From the NCBI RefSeq assembly GCF_964204645.1, contig NC_134027.1, positions 22,716,560 to 22,780,559 on the forward strand: DNA of 64,000 nt, in the 5' to 3' direction. The position numbers were made by a program, and so were the translations under genes. The notes below the pieces were generated by a model. The model did not search any database and was not told where the DNA came from. It worked only from the letters and a program-made list of their open reading frames with translations. Within the stretch, counting starts at the first letter, position 1; each line of letters begins with the position of its first letter. This DNA comes from Tubulanus polymorphus. Lineage: Eukaryota; Animalia; Nemertea. This document shows positions 1-13,746 of this stretch, one piece after another.

Positions 1-845
1 TTTGTACAATGTATATGCGTTCTCTCATTGGCTGGAACCCCTGCGCTCAGTTCCGTCGCGTCGCAGATGAGCTTATGTCGGTTGCGATCGAAGGCAACTG
101 TCCGCCTACCGTAGGCCGGAGTAGAACATGGGCAACTAGCCGGATATGGCTTGTGACGAGTCGGTAGGCGTCGGGTTGCCGTCGCAAGCCGGCTTATGTC
201 GAACCGATAGAGCAGCAACTGGTGGCCTCTGGTAGGCCCCTAGTTGCCGCTAATCGGCGATAAACCCAGTTGCTTCGGTAGGCATCGCATTGCTGGTCGA
301 CATAAAACAGCCTTTAGGACCACTTTTTGACTAGGCATGACTGCGCATGTTCGTTGTATCGCAGTTCTGACGTATAAAATATCAAACCTGTGCCCGAGTA
401 CGTATAACTAATTCATATACTGTAATAACAAATTTAACATAGTATAACGAATAACATTATGTATGGTATTTGTGCAATTTTCGTTTCCAGCGGAACCTCG
501 TTTTATAACGAATCCCTTGGCAACAGTGAAATAATCATCGTAATAAACAAGGTTTCGTATTAACGAGGTTTCACTGTAGCAAATATAACCGTTGAAAAAT
601 GCCATTTCCCTGAAAAACCCTAGTTTAACTAACAGCGCTCAACCCAGGGCCTTGTTTTCAGTTAAAACATGAAGAATACCAAATTCTATCAGCTGGAATT
701 TATTTTTTTTTTGTGAAAATGGGCGGATGTTCAAGAATTTACCAGTATACACATAATTTTTTGCGTAAGTTCAAGCCATAGACTGTATAGAAATGTTATG
801 CAGCGTAAAGTCACTTTTTTATAGTCTATAGTTCAGGGAAATACC

Positions 846-1570
846 GAACTGGAACTGTATCCAGACTGAAATTAAACTCACAACTGTGCAACTGGATTCG
901 AATCAAAGCTCACATAACATTCCAATTGGATCAAGAGTCATATTAAACCCACACTAATATGAAACTGGATTCAGAGTCAAATCAAACCCACACAACTGTG
1001 GAACTGGATTCGGAGTCAAATAAAACCCATACAACTGCGGAACTGGATCCAGAGTCAAATTGAACCCAAACAACTGTGGCACCAGATTAAACACACAACT
1101 GTAGATCTGGATTCAAATCAAAGCCTGCATAACATTAGAACTGGATCAATAGTTATATCAAACCTACACAACTGTGGAACTGGATTCAGGGTTAAATTAA
1201 ACTCACACAACTGTGGAACCAGATTAAATACACAACTGTAGATCTGGATTCAAATCAAAGCCTGCATAACATTAGAACTGGATCAATAGTTATATCAAAC
1301 CTACACAACTGTGGAACTGGATTCAGGGTTAAATTAAACTCACACAACTGTGGAACCAGATTAAACACACAACTGTAGATCGGAATTCAAATCAAAGCAC
1401 GCATAACATTAGAACTTAACATTAGGATCAATAGTTATATTAAACCCACACAACTGTGGAACTGGATTCAGAGTCAAATAATCCCATACAACTGTGTTAC
1501 TGGATCCAGAGTCGAATTCAACCCACACAACCTGCATCCAGAGCCAAACCATTACAGCTAAACTGGATCG
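846..1570 (-). repeat. 39-bp minisatellite array (degenerate)
   Basis: Reverse complement of ggatccagttccacagttgtgtgggtttaatttgactct. Confidence 0.85.
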
Positions 1571-3393
1571 AAAGTCTCAAATCCTACATGTAAATTCACT
1601 TAAAGCCACAACAACTGCGTGAAACGAGCTTGCATCATTTAGAAACACGTTCGCCACTTAAGGACACAGGGTCCACTGACACGCGGTAAATGTTTTCTTG
1701 AATCAAGTCTAATGATTACACGACACATAATTAATAACTGTTTCGGTCATCAATGAAAGCAATAAATTATAGATATAACATATATGTATTGACGAAAATG
1801 ACTTTTTCGAATATATTCTCGCAATAGACATAAATTAAATATATACACACACAATCAGAATTAATGAGAAATGACCTTGAAATCTATCGATCATCAACAG
1901 TAAACTCTGCGTACCTTCGAATATCATCTCGCACTGACTGTCAAGAAATCTAAGGTATACAGAGTCTACTGGATCGAACCAGAGGAATGGTGACCGGAGT
2001 GGATTCGGTTTTTTCACTAGTCTCATCATCGGATTCGAGAGTTTCTTACTCGATGAGGGGAAAAGACACATCGAACCCATTAACAATATCCCGAGTGGTG
2101 CTAAGCTAGAAGGATTCAATTACAGTAAAGCCTGTCAAAGCCTTAATCGGATCTTTTTGGAACGCAGGCGTATCTAGGGTCTGATTGGGTGAGGGGTGCA
2201 TCCCCAAAATTGGGCGTATAATATAATCCAAAGAAAGTACCCTGAACGAAAGCTGAACTAATTTTTGAAGATACATCTACGGGAACAAGCTTATGAATTT
2301 AAACTTTTTAATGTATCAGTTCAATATCTTATCATTTTGCCGTAGAATTTCAGGGCAACTTGACGATTTTTTTAGGATGGCGCACAACCCAATACACCCA
2401 CGCCTTGGATCCGCTCGGGGACAGGCATTTACATCCGACAAGTGAAAATCCGACATAGGGAACAAATTTCATTCTGCGAGTATAGAAAATGGTCCGATTA
2501 CATCTAATTCGACAAATGCAGAAACTCGTTTTAAAAAATCCAACTTAGCCGGCTCGACTGCGTTACCTTTTCTTTCAATTGCGTGTTTAAAAAAACTCAT
2601 ATACATAAGTCGACGATAAAAATCCGCGTTAAGTAAACTTAAAATCATATTTCACGTGCCGTAAATTTTTTGCCGCTATAAAACATTCATCAATCGATCG
2701 ATCACAGATGAGGCTTTTTTTATATAAAATGTAGGCGTGGCTTGCGCGCGGGCAGACAACACTGTGCACACCCCTGTTGTGTAAGTGCTGTCAGGAAGGC
2801 AGGCTATCGGGAAGAATAAGACTTAATCGATTCGTAAAATTCAAACTATGAAGACATTACCGCTTCGAACAATGAGGTCTTTGTGTGCCACCAGCTATCC
2901 CACTGGATGGCGCGCGTATCAGTGCGACAACCCTGGCACAATCTAGTTCATTTTCAATGAACTTTCATCTGCATTTTTAGCCTCCCTCATCAGAAGTTTG
3001 GCAAATCACTCCTGTTGATAAACACAGATGATCTTTAGGTTCATATATATGGTGAATTTTACTAATCATCATTCACAGAATTTGAGAAATTATGGATTGA
3101 TTTTAATTTTAATTGAATCTGAACAGAAATCCAGGGTTGTTGTCTGAATGCACACGAGCGACACCTGGTGGATCCTCACTTGCCACAGTCGAACGTAGAG
3201 TCCTCATTCATCGCGATGATTTGCAAATACCGTACCGTTCTTCCGATATTCACTAATTTTCAAATACCGGGATTCCTACGGGTTTCCCAATTTCATTTTC
3301 ATACGTTTTCCATACTCGATCAACAGGCGCGTTTGGAAGCAATTTTTGATCGCCGCGGCCAATTGCCGATTTTCGACGGGTAATCGATCTGTA

Positions 3394-3689
3394 TTAACCC
3401 TTTCAGTGCGTCTTCACCGTAGTGCGGTGTATAAATCGTTGATGGATTTTGCTAGTACACTGCACTGCGGTGTATTGATTAAATGAGTAATTTGCAATTA
3501 TCTCTCTTGAAAGATGGCAGCACCTGTCAAACGTAGTGAAACATTAGTAACTAATGATACACCGCGCCGCGGTGTAGACGCGTTATAGTGCTATTCCCGT
3601 TATTCAACACACTAGGGTGGAATTTTCCCAAATTTTCACATTTTCTCAAGCACTATAGGGTATTAATTAGTCAGCACGGAAAGGGTTAA
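3394..3689 (+). mobile_element. piggyBac-like MITE family A
   Basis: TTAA|CCCTTTCAGTGC ... GCACGGAAAGGG|TTAA; about 290 bp. Confidence 0.85.
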
Positions 3690-6614
3690 GCGAGTTGGAC
3701 TGTATTTTCAAATACCTTCCGTTCCCGTGGTCCTAATTCTTACCAACCGATATTCGCTCATTTTCCAATACCCTCTTTTCACGATTCCGGCATTCGATAT
3801 TCACTGCTTTTCAAATACCCTACATTCTTCCTTTTCGAAACTTAAACATCCCTCATTCACTGTTGTAAAAATACCCTTGATTCTCGATTAAAAAAATTGT
3901 TTACTGATTACTTTAATTCCCGCCCCGGTTCTACATTCTTGACAATCGTATCGGCCAATTAGTCAAATACCCCACCCCCGCATGATTCTAAATCACCCGG
4001 TATACAAATCATTCATAAATATTGCACACATTTAAAAAACTTGCGATATAGATTATTACGAACACACGGAAAAAAAAAACTATACTTTCTTTTCCTCTCC
4101 AAAGTGCAAAGTATATATATATATATAAATATATGCCAACAACCGTTTCTAACATAATTCAACAAATGGAACGAAATTCCTCACAGGCTTTTTTTAGGAC
4201 AATTCCCCCCTCGGACGATATTCCCATCTATATATCCCCCTCCTCGATGAATTACCACCCGACAATTCCCCCTCGCAAATAGCCCCCCGGTAAACTTTAT
4301 GAATGTGACCACACAATTTTCTTAGGGGAAATTTCCATGGGGGAGTTGTGGGGGGATTTGCAAGCAGGTAATTTGATAGAGGGGTTATCCATCGGAGGGG
4401 GCAAAAGACTGGAATTTGTTGTGTAAAATCGGGAATTGTCTCGATACTGAATTTCGAGCATACTGAAATGTATAACGTGGAAGAGCTCGCTGTTTAAATA
4501 CTAAATCCTTTTTCTTTTCGAAGGGCTTACAGTAGAACCCGTTTAATCCGGATCATTCTAGATCAGAATCCAGATTAAACCGATCGGAATTAAGCCGGTT
4601 TGCCTACGAACGTCTATTTAATACAGATATCAGTTCGCGCGTATGTATATGACATCATCAATCGACGCGTACTCTCGTCATGATTATTCGTGTAGCCCTA
4701 TATCAATGGATGGCCATGATTACTATTTTCTCGTGTATCACATCATCATATTTCGTCCCGGTTAATAACTGATTCAGGTCAAAGCTAATGCATGCATCAA
4801 CCTCAGGTGCGGATCTAGAGGGGGGCTTCAGGGGTCGTGACACCCCTGCTCAGCGACCAAAAAATGTTTTAATCGTTCTTTTGAAGGAATGTACTCAAGA
4901 CAAAGCGGGCGGACAGTACTACATAATATATAAATTTGAACTTGAACTTTGAACTTGAATGGGTACAATATCATCTTATGTTTGGCCAAACAATATGCCG
5001 TATAGTCCCCCTATCAGAGATTTAGTCGGCGGTTTAATATTAACATTCTTTGTGAACCCCTTCCCAGAAAATTTCCTGGATCCGCGTCTGGGACTAACCA
5101 ACTCGGACATCTGCGATATGTAAACCGCCATATTTCCACTGACTTCACAAGCAATCAGGACTCAAGAGAAGACTTTCGAAAAGTGACCAGCCATCGGTTT
5201 AGGGAAGAAAGGAACACCTTTAATCAATAATGATCTAACAAAATAATGGAGAACAAACACCAGATATTTTGTCCTGATTCTTTCAATTTTTGTTCTCATA
5301 GACTTCACGTGTTCAGCGCTTCATCTGAGACGCTTCATTTGAAATTGAACGACGGACACTAGACATTAGGGATTTTGACACTTTCATAAAGCTATCAACC
5401 CAGATTGTCTTCAGATAGAGTGTTTCCGGGCTGCGTACGAATTTTCTCATTACATCAACGTTCTAATTGAGATTTCCAGAAACCAATTCAACACCTTTGC
5501 TGCAACAGTGATGATATGGTGCCGCCCCCAATTACCACTACCAGTATACTCCTAGCTGGCACTGGAGCTATCACATAGTCAAGCATTGTGTCTGTCCCAT
5601 GTAATTTCATTTACTTGGAAGCTACGTATAAATACGAATTAAATTCTTCAAAATTGACCAATGAGCATTGAGAATGAAGCAGTTTGTTCGCGTTGCCAGC
5701 CAATCAGGAACATGGAACATCTAACAGCGTCAGTGAAAAGATTTTTTCAGGAAGGATCAGCTACAAGTATATACTCATAGCGGCAACAGGGACAGAACTG
5801 GGAACTATGAGAAACTTGGACTTGAACCAACTTACAAACAACGCGGCCCAATTTCAACTTTGAATATAAATTCTCGAATACATAGAAAACCGAACAACAT
5901 CGTTCCCCTAAAACCAAACGCGGTCGAGTACAGATCAGCGAATATGCTACGAAATCATAAAACATACTCAAACTCCCCCACCCCCCCCCCTGGAAAAATA
6001 ATAACAGCAAACTACATAAATTCAACGTATCACAAACAACACGGTCCCCGAACGATCATTTCAGCCACGAAGAATCATCATTCCGCGCGATTAAAATCCG
6101 GCTGCGTAGAAATGTCCGCTGCGAATTGCTCCGCGCGTGATTTTTCGAATGTTCGGATTATTTGGTACGACGCGAGGTGTGCACGCGCATCGTAGGATCA
6201 TGTGCGCGCTTATGTGTATATAACAACTACGTCTTTCACGATACAGCAAACCGGGTTTAAATCCACAGTTATTCGTAGAATCGTACGTGGCAAATGTTCA
6301 GTCAATCCGGATTGCCGCTCTCGTCGACCGGCTGAATTTCATCGGCGTCCAATGATATCCGCATCGAAAATAGTCGGGTTCTATTACGGTTCTATATCCG
6401 CGTTCGTCGTCGACGTCTGTCGTTTCTATATTCTCGTAGAAATTTCTCGAAAACGCGTCAGAAACAACGATCGATTTCAACGTTCGACGACGATGTCGTA
6501 TTCGTCTTTAAATCAGCAGTGCAACAACAAGTATAGTTAATTATAATAATAATAATAATAATGATAATAACGATAGCCCGACAGGCAGCGCCCCCTGTGC
6601 GTCTGCTGCGTAGA

Positions 6615-6669
6615 TTAGCTTGGGTGTTCCGGACACGAACGATTTCGTTCGAACCACGAATCGATACAA
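6615..6669 (-). CDS. ZNRF1/2: ZNRF1/2-like, last coding exon (RING-H2 end and stop)
   Basis: tttttcag| then CCIDSWFERNRSCPEHPS*; exon lengths sum to 535+96+109+55=795 nt = 264 aa + stop. Confidence 0.97.
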
Positions 6670-6834
6670 CTGAAAAACGAACGAAATGAAGTTTTATAAC
6701 ACATAATAAGAACAAGTTTTACCAGATTGAATTTCGGAGTTGTTGCTTCTTCTAGTGTTTGGTTCGGGGATAATGCGAATGATGGTTCACTCAAGAAGTA
6801 TTCGAGTCATCCCCCGGTTTAAATCATATCCTTT

Positions 6835-7382
6835 TTAATCCTTTCAGTGCATCTACACTGCACTGCGGTGTATAAATCAGTGATGGACTTTAATCACATG
6901 CGTCAACCCTTTCAGTGTATCTTCACCGCAATGCGGTGTATAAATCACTGACGGACTTTGATCACATGCTTCAACCCTTTCAGTGTATCTTCACCGCAAT
7001 GCGGTGTATAAATCAGTGATGGACTTTGCTGGTACATCGCATCGCAGTGTATTGATGTTATCAGTAATTAGTTTTTATCTCAATTGAAAGATGGAAGCAC
7101 CTGCCAAAAATTGTTTGGGTTGTTCAATTTTGTATGGGCTGTCACGCCAAATATTTATGTAAGCGCATGTAATCGTACCTATGATGTTATCTGACATCTG
7201 GTAGAAATAAACTAAACCAAACTAGTACGTAAAATATCAATAACTAATGATACAGCGTACCGCGGTGTAGATGCACTTAAGCCGGGTGCCTATTATACAA
7301 CTCACTGGGGTGGAATTTTCAAATATTTTCAAATTATCGCCAGCAATTTCAGGTATTAATTATTCAGCGCTGAAAGGGCTTG
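6835..7382 (+). mobile_element. piggyBac-like MITE family A with triplicated 5' end (ZNRF intron 3)
   Basis: Three ~70-bp tandem copies of ccctttcagtg..cggtgtataaatca..ggacttt, then the rest of the element to tgaaaggg. Confidence 0.8.
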
Positions 7383-7963
7383 AAATATTTAATGTTTAAT
7401 GAGATACGGTGTGTGGATGAGTGCTACGCAACAATACTTCTTTATCGCTTATTATAATGTGTAACCTCCGAAGAGCCGGCAGTTACAAATAATTATTTCA
7501 TTGAAAGGTGAAAGAAAACGTTCAAATCGATCAGTAATCAACGGTACGGGCGCTCCGAATCACCTTCCTAATTCTGCGCATACGAAACAAATCAAATCAG
7601 CATTTCTCGGGACAAAATCGTAATTAATGAAATACTGAAAATTAGTCGGAACACTCGGTAGCTCGGAATGTGTATCGAGTTTCAGCCTTCGGCAGTTTTT
7701 GATCGGATAATCTGATCCGTACAGCGGATAGATGACAATATGGATTATCATCAAAATACCGTCTGACGATGGCCTAATGAATCTGAGGGGGTGAATCATG
7801 ATGTCCAATCACTTGAATTGTACAGTACAAACCCGCTTATTACGGTTAAATCAAATACAGATTATCATCGATCTAACCTCTTTATCATTTATGGCGCACC
7901 TCTAGAAAATTGCATCGAAAACCTGTTTTCTTATAGGCCTAAACCAGAATAATTTCGACTTAC

Positions 7964-8072
7964 CATTTGTGGTAAATACATAAACAGGGTAGTCGTGCTA
8001 TAGTATCGCCCTGTAGGAGTTCTTCTAAACAAATCACACATTCATCACCTTTATCTTCTTTTAATACATCCT
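7964..8072 (-). CDS. ZNRF1/2: ZNRF1/2-like, exon 3 (RING-H2, first part)
   Basis: ttttcag| ... |gtaagt; encodes EDVLKEDKGDECVICLEELLQGDTIARLPCLCIYHK, near-identical to the recalled vertebrate ZNRF RING. Confidence 0.97.
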
Positions 8073-8109
8073 CTGAAAACGGCGAAAAAAGTCTCATGAA
8101 AAAATCAGG

Positions 8110-8330
8110 AAGGAATGTGACAAGAGTTTAACGATGCCATTGGATTCAGATCCCTGCCAGGGAAGAACGTGGTAGTTTCACAATGCCATCAGGTTCAAAT
8201 CCCTGTGAGGAAGGAATATGACAAGAGTCTAACGCTGCCAACAGGTTTGAATCCCCGCAAGGAAGGAATGTGGCAGAGTCTCGCAATGCCATCAGGTTCA
8301 AATCCCTGTGATGGAGGAATGTGGCAAAAT
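8110..8330 (+). repeat. 49-51-bp minisatellite, short array in ZNRF intron 2
   Basis: ggaatgtg..atgccatcaggttcaaatccctg, 4-5 copies. Confidence 0.8.
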
Positions 8331-8430
8331 TTTGTTCAGAATAAACTCGATTGAATACGGCTCAAAAAAACTTCTTTTTCTAAATATTTGTTTGGTAAAT
8401 CATTTCTTAAGTCAGCACATCATCACTCAC

Positions 8431-8526
8431 CGTTATAGGTAATTCTTGGTTTCGTGAGGCATATCACTAAATGACATTCAATATCATCTGGGGGGACAAA
8501 TTTAGAACACACAGGGCATTTTATAC
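8431..8526 (-). CDS. ZNRF1/2: ZNRF1/2-like, exon 2 (UBZ-type zinc finger)
   Basis: tttcag| acceptor and |gtgagt donor; encodes GIKCPVCSKFVPPDDIECHLVICLTKPRITYN, matching the ZNRF zinc finger. Confidence 0.96.
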
Positions 8527-9053
8527 CTGAAACAGATAGGCCTACTACATGTTAGATCCATTTGAAACGACACGATCTCATGGGCTCAGTGTGCTCCACA
8601 ATAGGTTTTAGAGGGGCGGCGACCCCTCTGAAAATCAACCACCCTAATGAAATATCTGCTGCCACTACCAGAGTGGATGTCAATCATGGTTTCCAGTGTT
8701 AAGGCCAGGATAAAATGAAGTACTAAGAAGGACATTACGGCAATTCTAGACCCAAAAGGAAGGACTTTTTGGCTTAGAAAGAAGAATTTTCCAGTAAAAT
8801 GAGGACCATAAATAAGCATTTTCGCAATTTTCCTGTATTCAATTTCCTACATGTGTATTCAATTTCCCTGTATATTCAATTGAATTAACAGGCCTAAGTA
8901 ATGAAATATTTCAACAATCAAATTTGCGACTGAATTGCGCACGAAACATACATAGAAATGTAATTTGGAAGGACTTTCATCGAAAGCAATGAGAAAGATG
9001 ATGTTTGTCCAAACTTTGTTCAAAAGAAGGACGAGGAAGGACCGCTGGAAAAC

Positions 9054-9306
9054 CAGGGGCGGATCTAGGGGAGATGTCGGGGAGTCCGGACCCTCCCCTC
9101 GCAACTTTGAAGTGCCCCCAAAAATGTCACCCACAAAATTTTTTTGACCAAGGTTTTCCACCTATAATATTTTGCCAACGCATGAAATGACCGAAAGCAC
9201 CCCCTAAAATTGAGTAGAAGTATCCGCAGTACGTGGTGTTTCGTAAAAAGTGCCCCTTTTTCTCATTGGACACCCCCCCCCATGGAAAATCCTAGATCCG
9301 CCCCTG
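9054..9306. mobile_element. MITE with CAGGGGCGGATCTAGG TIRs
   Basis: caggggcggatctagg ... cctagatccgcccctg; relatives at about 2165-2418, 4804-5090, 11870-12125 and 14435-14692. Confidence 0.75.
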
Positions 9307-9972
9307 AAAACCTGCCAATATGAATCAATGCTGATAATTGCTTTGAAGTATATAGAGTTAATGTGACCCTAGATGAATTTGAAATCAATTCTCATTTAAA
9401 ATTGAATGATAAACAATGGATTAAAAGTCTTGACACCAATGATTAATCAGACCTCGATAACCACTGATTTTCAACAGCAGATGTTTATTAGCGTTTGATG
9501 CATGGAGAACGGACTACGATTGTAGGGCGTAGCGTTCTCTCGGTGGTCATTGAAAAAATTAAATTCAGAATTAAAGAGTACACGTAACGCTAATTGTAGT
9601 TTGCCGAAATCACGATCCGGGGCTAGTTGCTCAAAGGTTGGTCGAAGATAACTGGCTGATAAATACCATTGTAACAATGAACTTTTAATCGTCACTATGT
9701 CAACTATCCACTGGTTATCTTAGGCCTTACCAACTTCTGAGCAACTGGCCCGATACGATAACTCAAATGATTTAAAGTCAAAAATCATCATTAAAGCTTA
9801 ACTTGAACAAAAATCTTAGAAGAATTGCGGTCCTGGTCCCAAATTTACTTATTTAGGCAGAGTCTACTAAAATGTCTAATTGGGAGGCATACAGCATTAA
9901 TAAGTATAATGCCAAACAGGGATAAAATCCACTTCCTAACTATTTCAGTGTGCACACATGTGTGGTGGGTAC

Positions 9973-10507
9973 CTTGTAATGCTGAAAGCAGATGAACCGG
10001 TAGAGAATGTGCTTGCATAAATCTGTTTGTAAAAACGCTATCGTCCGGAGAGCTAGAGTCCGAGTCCGGCGATCCGCTCGCTCCCCGCGCACCGCCCACT
10101 AGATGAGGCGGTATACCGATCCCTTGCGATCCGAACGCTCCTAAACTGCGCGCGCGCATCCGAGATCCGTGGTGATGGCCGCCACTGCTGTTATTACTCG
10201 TGCTCGGTCCGCCAGCGCCGCTGAGGTGAAGTCCGTCGCCCGTACCGACGACCGAGTGGCGATGGTGGTGCGGATGGTGGTGTCCCGGGTGGTGATGGTG
10301 CGTTTGCTGGCTTTGTTGCTGTTGTCCTTGCGTCGAGCCGAAATTCACGACGTTGCCCATAATTTGAGATTGCTGCGACCGCGATGACGGTAGTCTGGAA
10401 TTTCTTTCTGAAAAATCCTGATTTGTTGTTGTTGCCGTCGGCGTCGATTGTAGAGCACCATTCGATAAATTACTATTTCGCGATTGTGAACTGAGCTTCA
10501 GTCCCAT
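9973..10507 (-). CDS. ZNRF1/2: ZNRF1/2-like E3 ubiquitin ligase, coding exon 1 (myristoylation-type N-terminus, low-complexity region)
   Basis: ATG at 10507 gives MGLKLSS (MGxxxS myristoylation consensus), an RARSL motif and AHSLP; ends CAA G|gtaccc (phase-1 donor) and splices in frame to the exon at 8526. Confidence 0.9.
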
Positions 10508-13500
10508 TAAATCGACCCCAACGCAGTCGGGGTAACCGTTAACACGTCTGGCACGACCGAATCCTGTATCACGTACGGGTTACGCAAGTCGGGGAAATTT
10601 TATTTTGACATTTTCGTTGTTTACTTTGTGTATATTTTGCGTGTTCGACGCCATTTTGGCTTTCGTTCAATCAAGACGGTGTAACGCGAAAACCGCTGCC
10701 AATTAGCTGCTGAAACGATGATTACCTCAAAGTCGCGTACCAGTGCTGGAATGGCATCTCGTCGACCAAGAGCTAGCGGTTTCGTAAATTTGTCAGCCAT
10801 GTAAAGACCGTTAAAATATAACAAGTGCGGATCTTAGGATTCTTTGATCGAAGCATCCTCGCTTGCCAAGGGGGCTTTAGCTTCTAATTAGTCAGTAACC
10901 TGTGGTTTAGTTTCACCTTAGAGTAATCAATGATTACTCCAAGGTTTCACGATCTCGGATATTTTCACAAACCACATAAGCCCATCCGATTATAAAAAGC
11001 TTTGGCCACCAACGATTAGGTATCTAACTAGCTTCTAATGAGACCAGGTCGAAAGAATGGATTCTTTTGCAGGGGCATCAGGCCTGAAAATAGTATGAGC
11101 ACTTTAATTTGAAATGGACCTTCCACGGACAATTCGGGACAAAAAGGGGCTCTTCTTGCTCTATCACTACCGGTTTGGATTTATTTCGTCATTTTAGTAA
11201 AATAACCCGTGGAAAGGAGCCGTTCCAAACTCAGTGGAGGGCATTCACGAAAAAGGGAAAGCCTAGTCCACCTGGTCCACCCCTAAATCCACCCTTATTA
11301 AAACACATATTTCAAAAGGTTATTACAAATAAAAACCGATAATGTTGGACAAACGGGCGCAACATAATGGCATCTAATGCGTGTCCATTGTTTTCCTATT
11401 GGCTTAACGGTACCTACAACTCTGATACGAGCCCGGCCTAGTGGAGAAAAACAATAGCAATCCATCAATAAAGCGTTACACACAATAGATATAGAAACGA
11501 TGGTTTATATTAAGACTGCGCAGTTTCACTGCTCGCAATATAACATATGTGTTCAAAAATTCAAAATCTCGAAAATCAATCCCAGGAAAAATGAATTAGA
11601 CTTCAGACAGACGTAATTTCATCGTTCATTTCTTTACAGGAATCTCAGAAAATATCGATCAAACTTAAAGGACCATCGACGTGATGGGATTTGAAGTTGA
11701 GCTGTCGCAGAATCAACTCGTTTTTCAGAGAACAAAATACAAATATTTCCTCTTTATCGTAAAAAGAAAATGAAACCTTAAACGTAGGCCTAACAGAAAA
11801 AGTTGGTAAAAATAAATTCAAAAAGTTTACAAAAGTTCCCCTGAAATGATAAATTTACACGTCACACAATTACGGATTTAGAGGGCGGTTTCGGGGTTCC
11901 AGACCCCTACAGCGCCTTCATTTTGAGGTTGCCCTTTTCTTTGAGACCAACCAAATAAAGCTAAAACCAGTGAAATTGATACTCATCCTCTCAGGAATTG
12001 AAGTAAAATATATCAAAACCGAGGACGGGACCTGACTCTTTTTGGTCCACGAAGCCCTGCTTTATCAGAAAACGCCTTAGTCATTTCTTTTAGACCCCGT
12101 CATATATTCCTAGACCCACCCCACCCTGACGTCATTATTTTTTTAATCCTTTATTTTCTGAGAACTTAGCTCCAATTAGCAAAATTTGGAGACGGACGCG
12201 CAGCATATATATGTTTTCTTATCGTCATACCAAAAGAACTCATAAAACGTCTCGCCATCATCTATTGATGTCAAATATAATCTTACCGCAACGGAAAAAA
12301 TCATTCTGCAAAACAATTTCATATACAGGGTAAAGGAAATGCAGAGATAAATGGCATGAAAAAATTAAGGATAGGATGCCAGCATCTTATTTTTAGTCAC
12401 GTGGCCGAGAGCAGCAACCACAACTCCCCCTCCCCCCCCAAAAAAAACAGGAAATCGAAATTCGAAGGAAATGGATGTACATGGTTTGTGGTCGGTGGTC
12501 GGAATTATAGACTCTTTCATTCAGTTAGAATTGAAAATTTCGGTTTCACATCTTGGAAATAGCTATATTACATGGTTGAAGGTAATTTTTTTCCATTTTC
12601 ATATTTTTTTCCGCCGATTTCCACGTTTAGTTCGATACGAAAGTTTCTTAATTCTACTAGGATTGATGTTTGTTCAACAATTATTGTAAGCAAATTTGAC
12701 ATTTTTTTCCTAGCGTTCTGGCACCCTCACTTACTTAACAGGAATTCAACTTTATGGCCTGGCCCGAGAATCAGCCACCATAACAATGAGATTTGCAGGC
12801 CCGTACACAGCCTCTCTTTTGGGGTGGATGGAACTTATTTAAGATCGCGTCGGTGGCCAATACGAGCGCCGCCGTAGGTGCGAAGTTCTTTAGGGGGTTT
12901 GGGAGATTTGAAGAAGAACAATTTGAAAATAGAAACGTTCTAGATGCATTTTCGGCCAAATGTTAGTGAATATTTCATATAAAAATGTCACTGAAAAATA
13001 CTAATTAATCCTCGAAACATATTCAGAATAAGTTTTTATTAGGTCTATTAATCTTACAATATAGTGCTGGAGTCTCATCCTTCGTTTATGGAGTAGAGCA
13101 AGTGCGAGGAAAGAGAGACACATGAAATGAAGTCTTAGAGATTTTCTTTGACAAAAATAGTGGGACGCGAGATTTCTTTTTGTGCGTTCGCACCCAATGT
13201 ACCCCCCTGGGTACGGGCCTGATTTGCAGAGTGAAAATCCCCATTCTAAGATTTTTAAAAATCTAGCGACGGCGTTTCGCCGGAGCATCTCACGCCGGTT
13301 TACGTTTTCTATCGCGCCGCTATTATGACGTATAGCGACCACGTGGTTGTCATAAAATGATAATAAACGCGATGAAAAGATGATGCGTTAAATATCACAA
13401 CGCGAAGGCAGGCAGGCAGAGAATATTTCGCGTCAATATTTCACGTCGACTCGTTCCGCAACGACAACGCTCTGGCGACGACGCCATGGAATAGTAACGT

Positions 13501-13746
13501 GCGAAACAGCGTCGGGATAACAAACACGGTCATAGGCGCAAAAAGGATATAAGTTCTCACCTTTTTCAGGCCTACACTACTTAATTGAAAGTTAGTGCTA
13601 TAATAATCTGCTCAATCTTTTTACCTATTCGTAGAATATTGTCTTATCTAGTCGTTTTGTAATTATTTTGTGTCGCGTAACCCTTATTTAAAGAAAGCGT
13701 CGTCGCGTCGTCCAACGGAGATTCAAATTCGAATTTCGTGATCGAA
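10508..13746. promoter_or_regulatory. Divergent intergenic / 5'UTR region between ZNRF and CMIP
   Basis: Two ATGs facing apart 3.2 kb; CpG-rich patches at about 10520-10800 and 13260-13530. TSSs cannot be located from sequence. Confidence 0.6.

Noticed and set aside
9845-9972. C-terminal hydrophobic tail of the 220-aa ORF
   Set aside because: Read-through into ZNRF intron 1; splicing at 9973 restores the conserved zinc finger.
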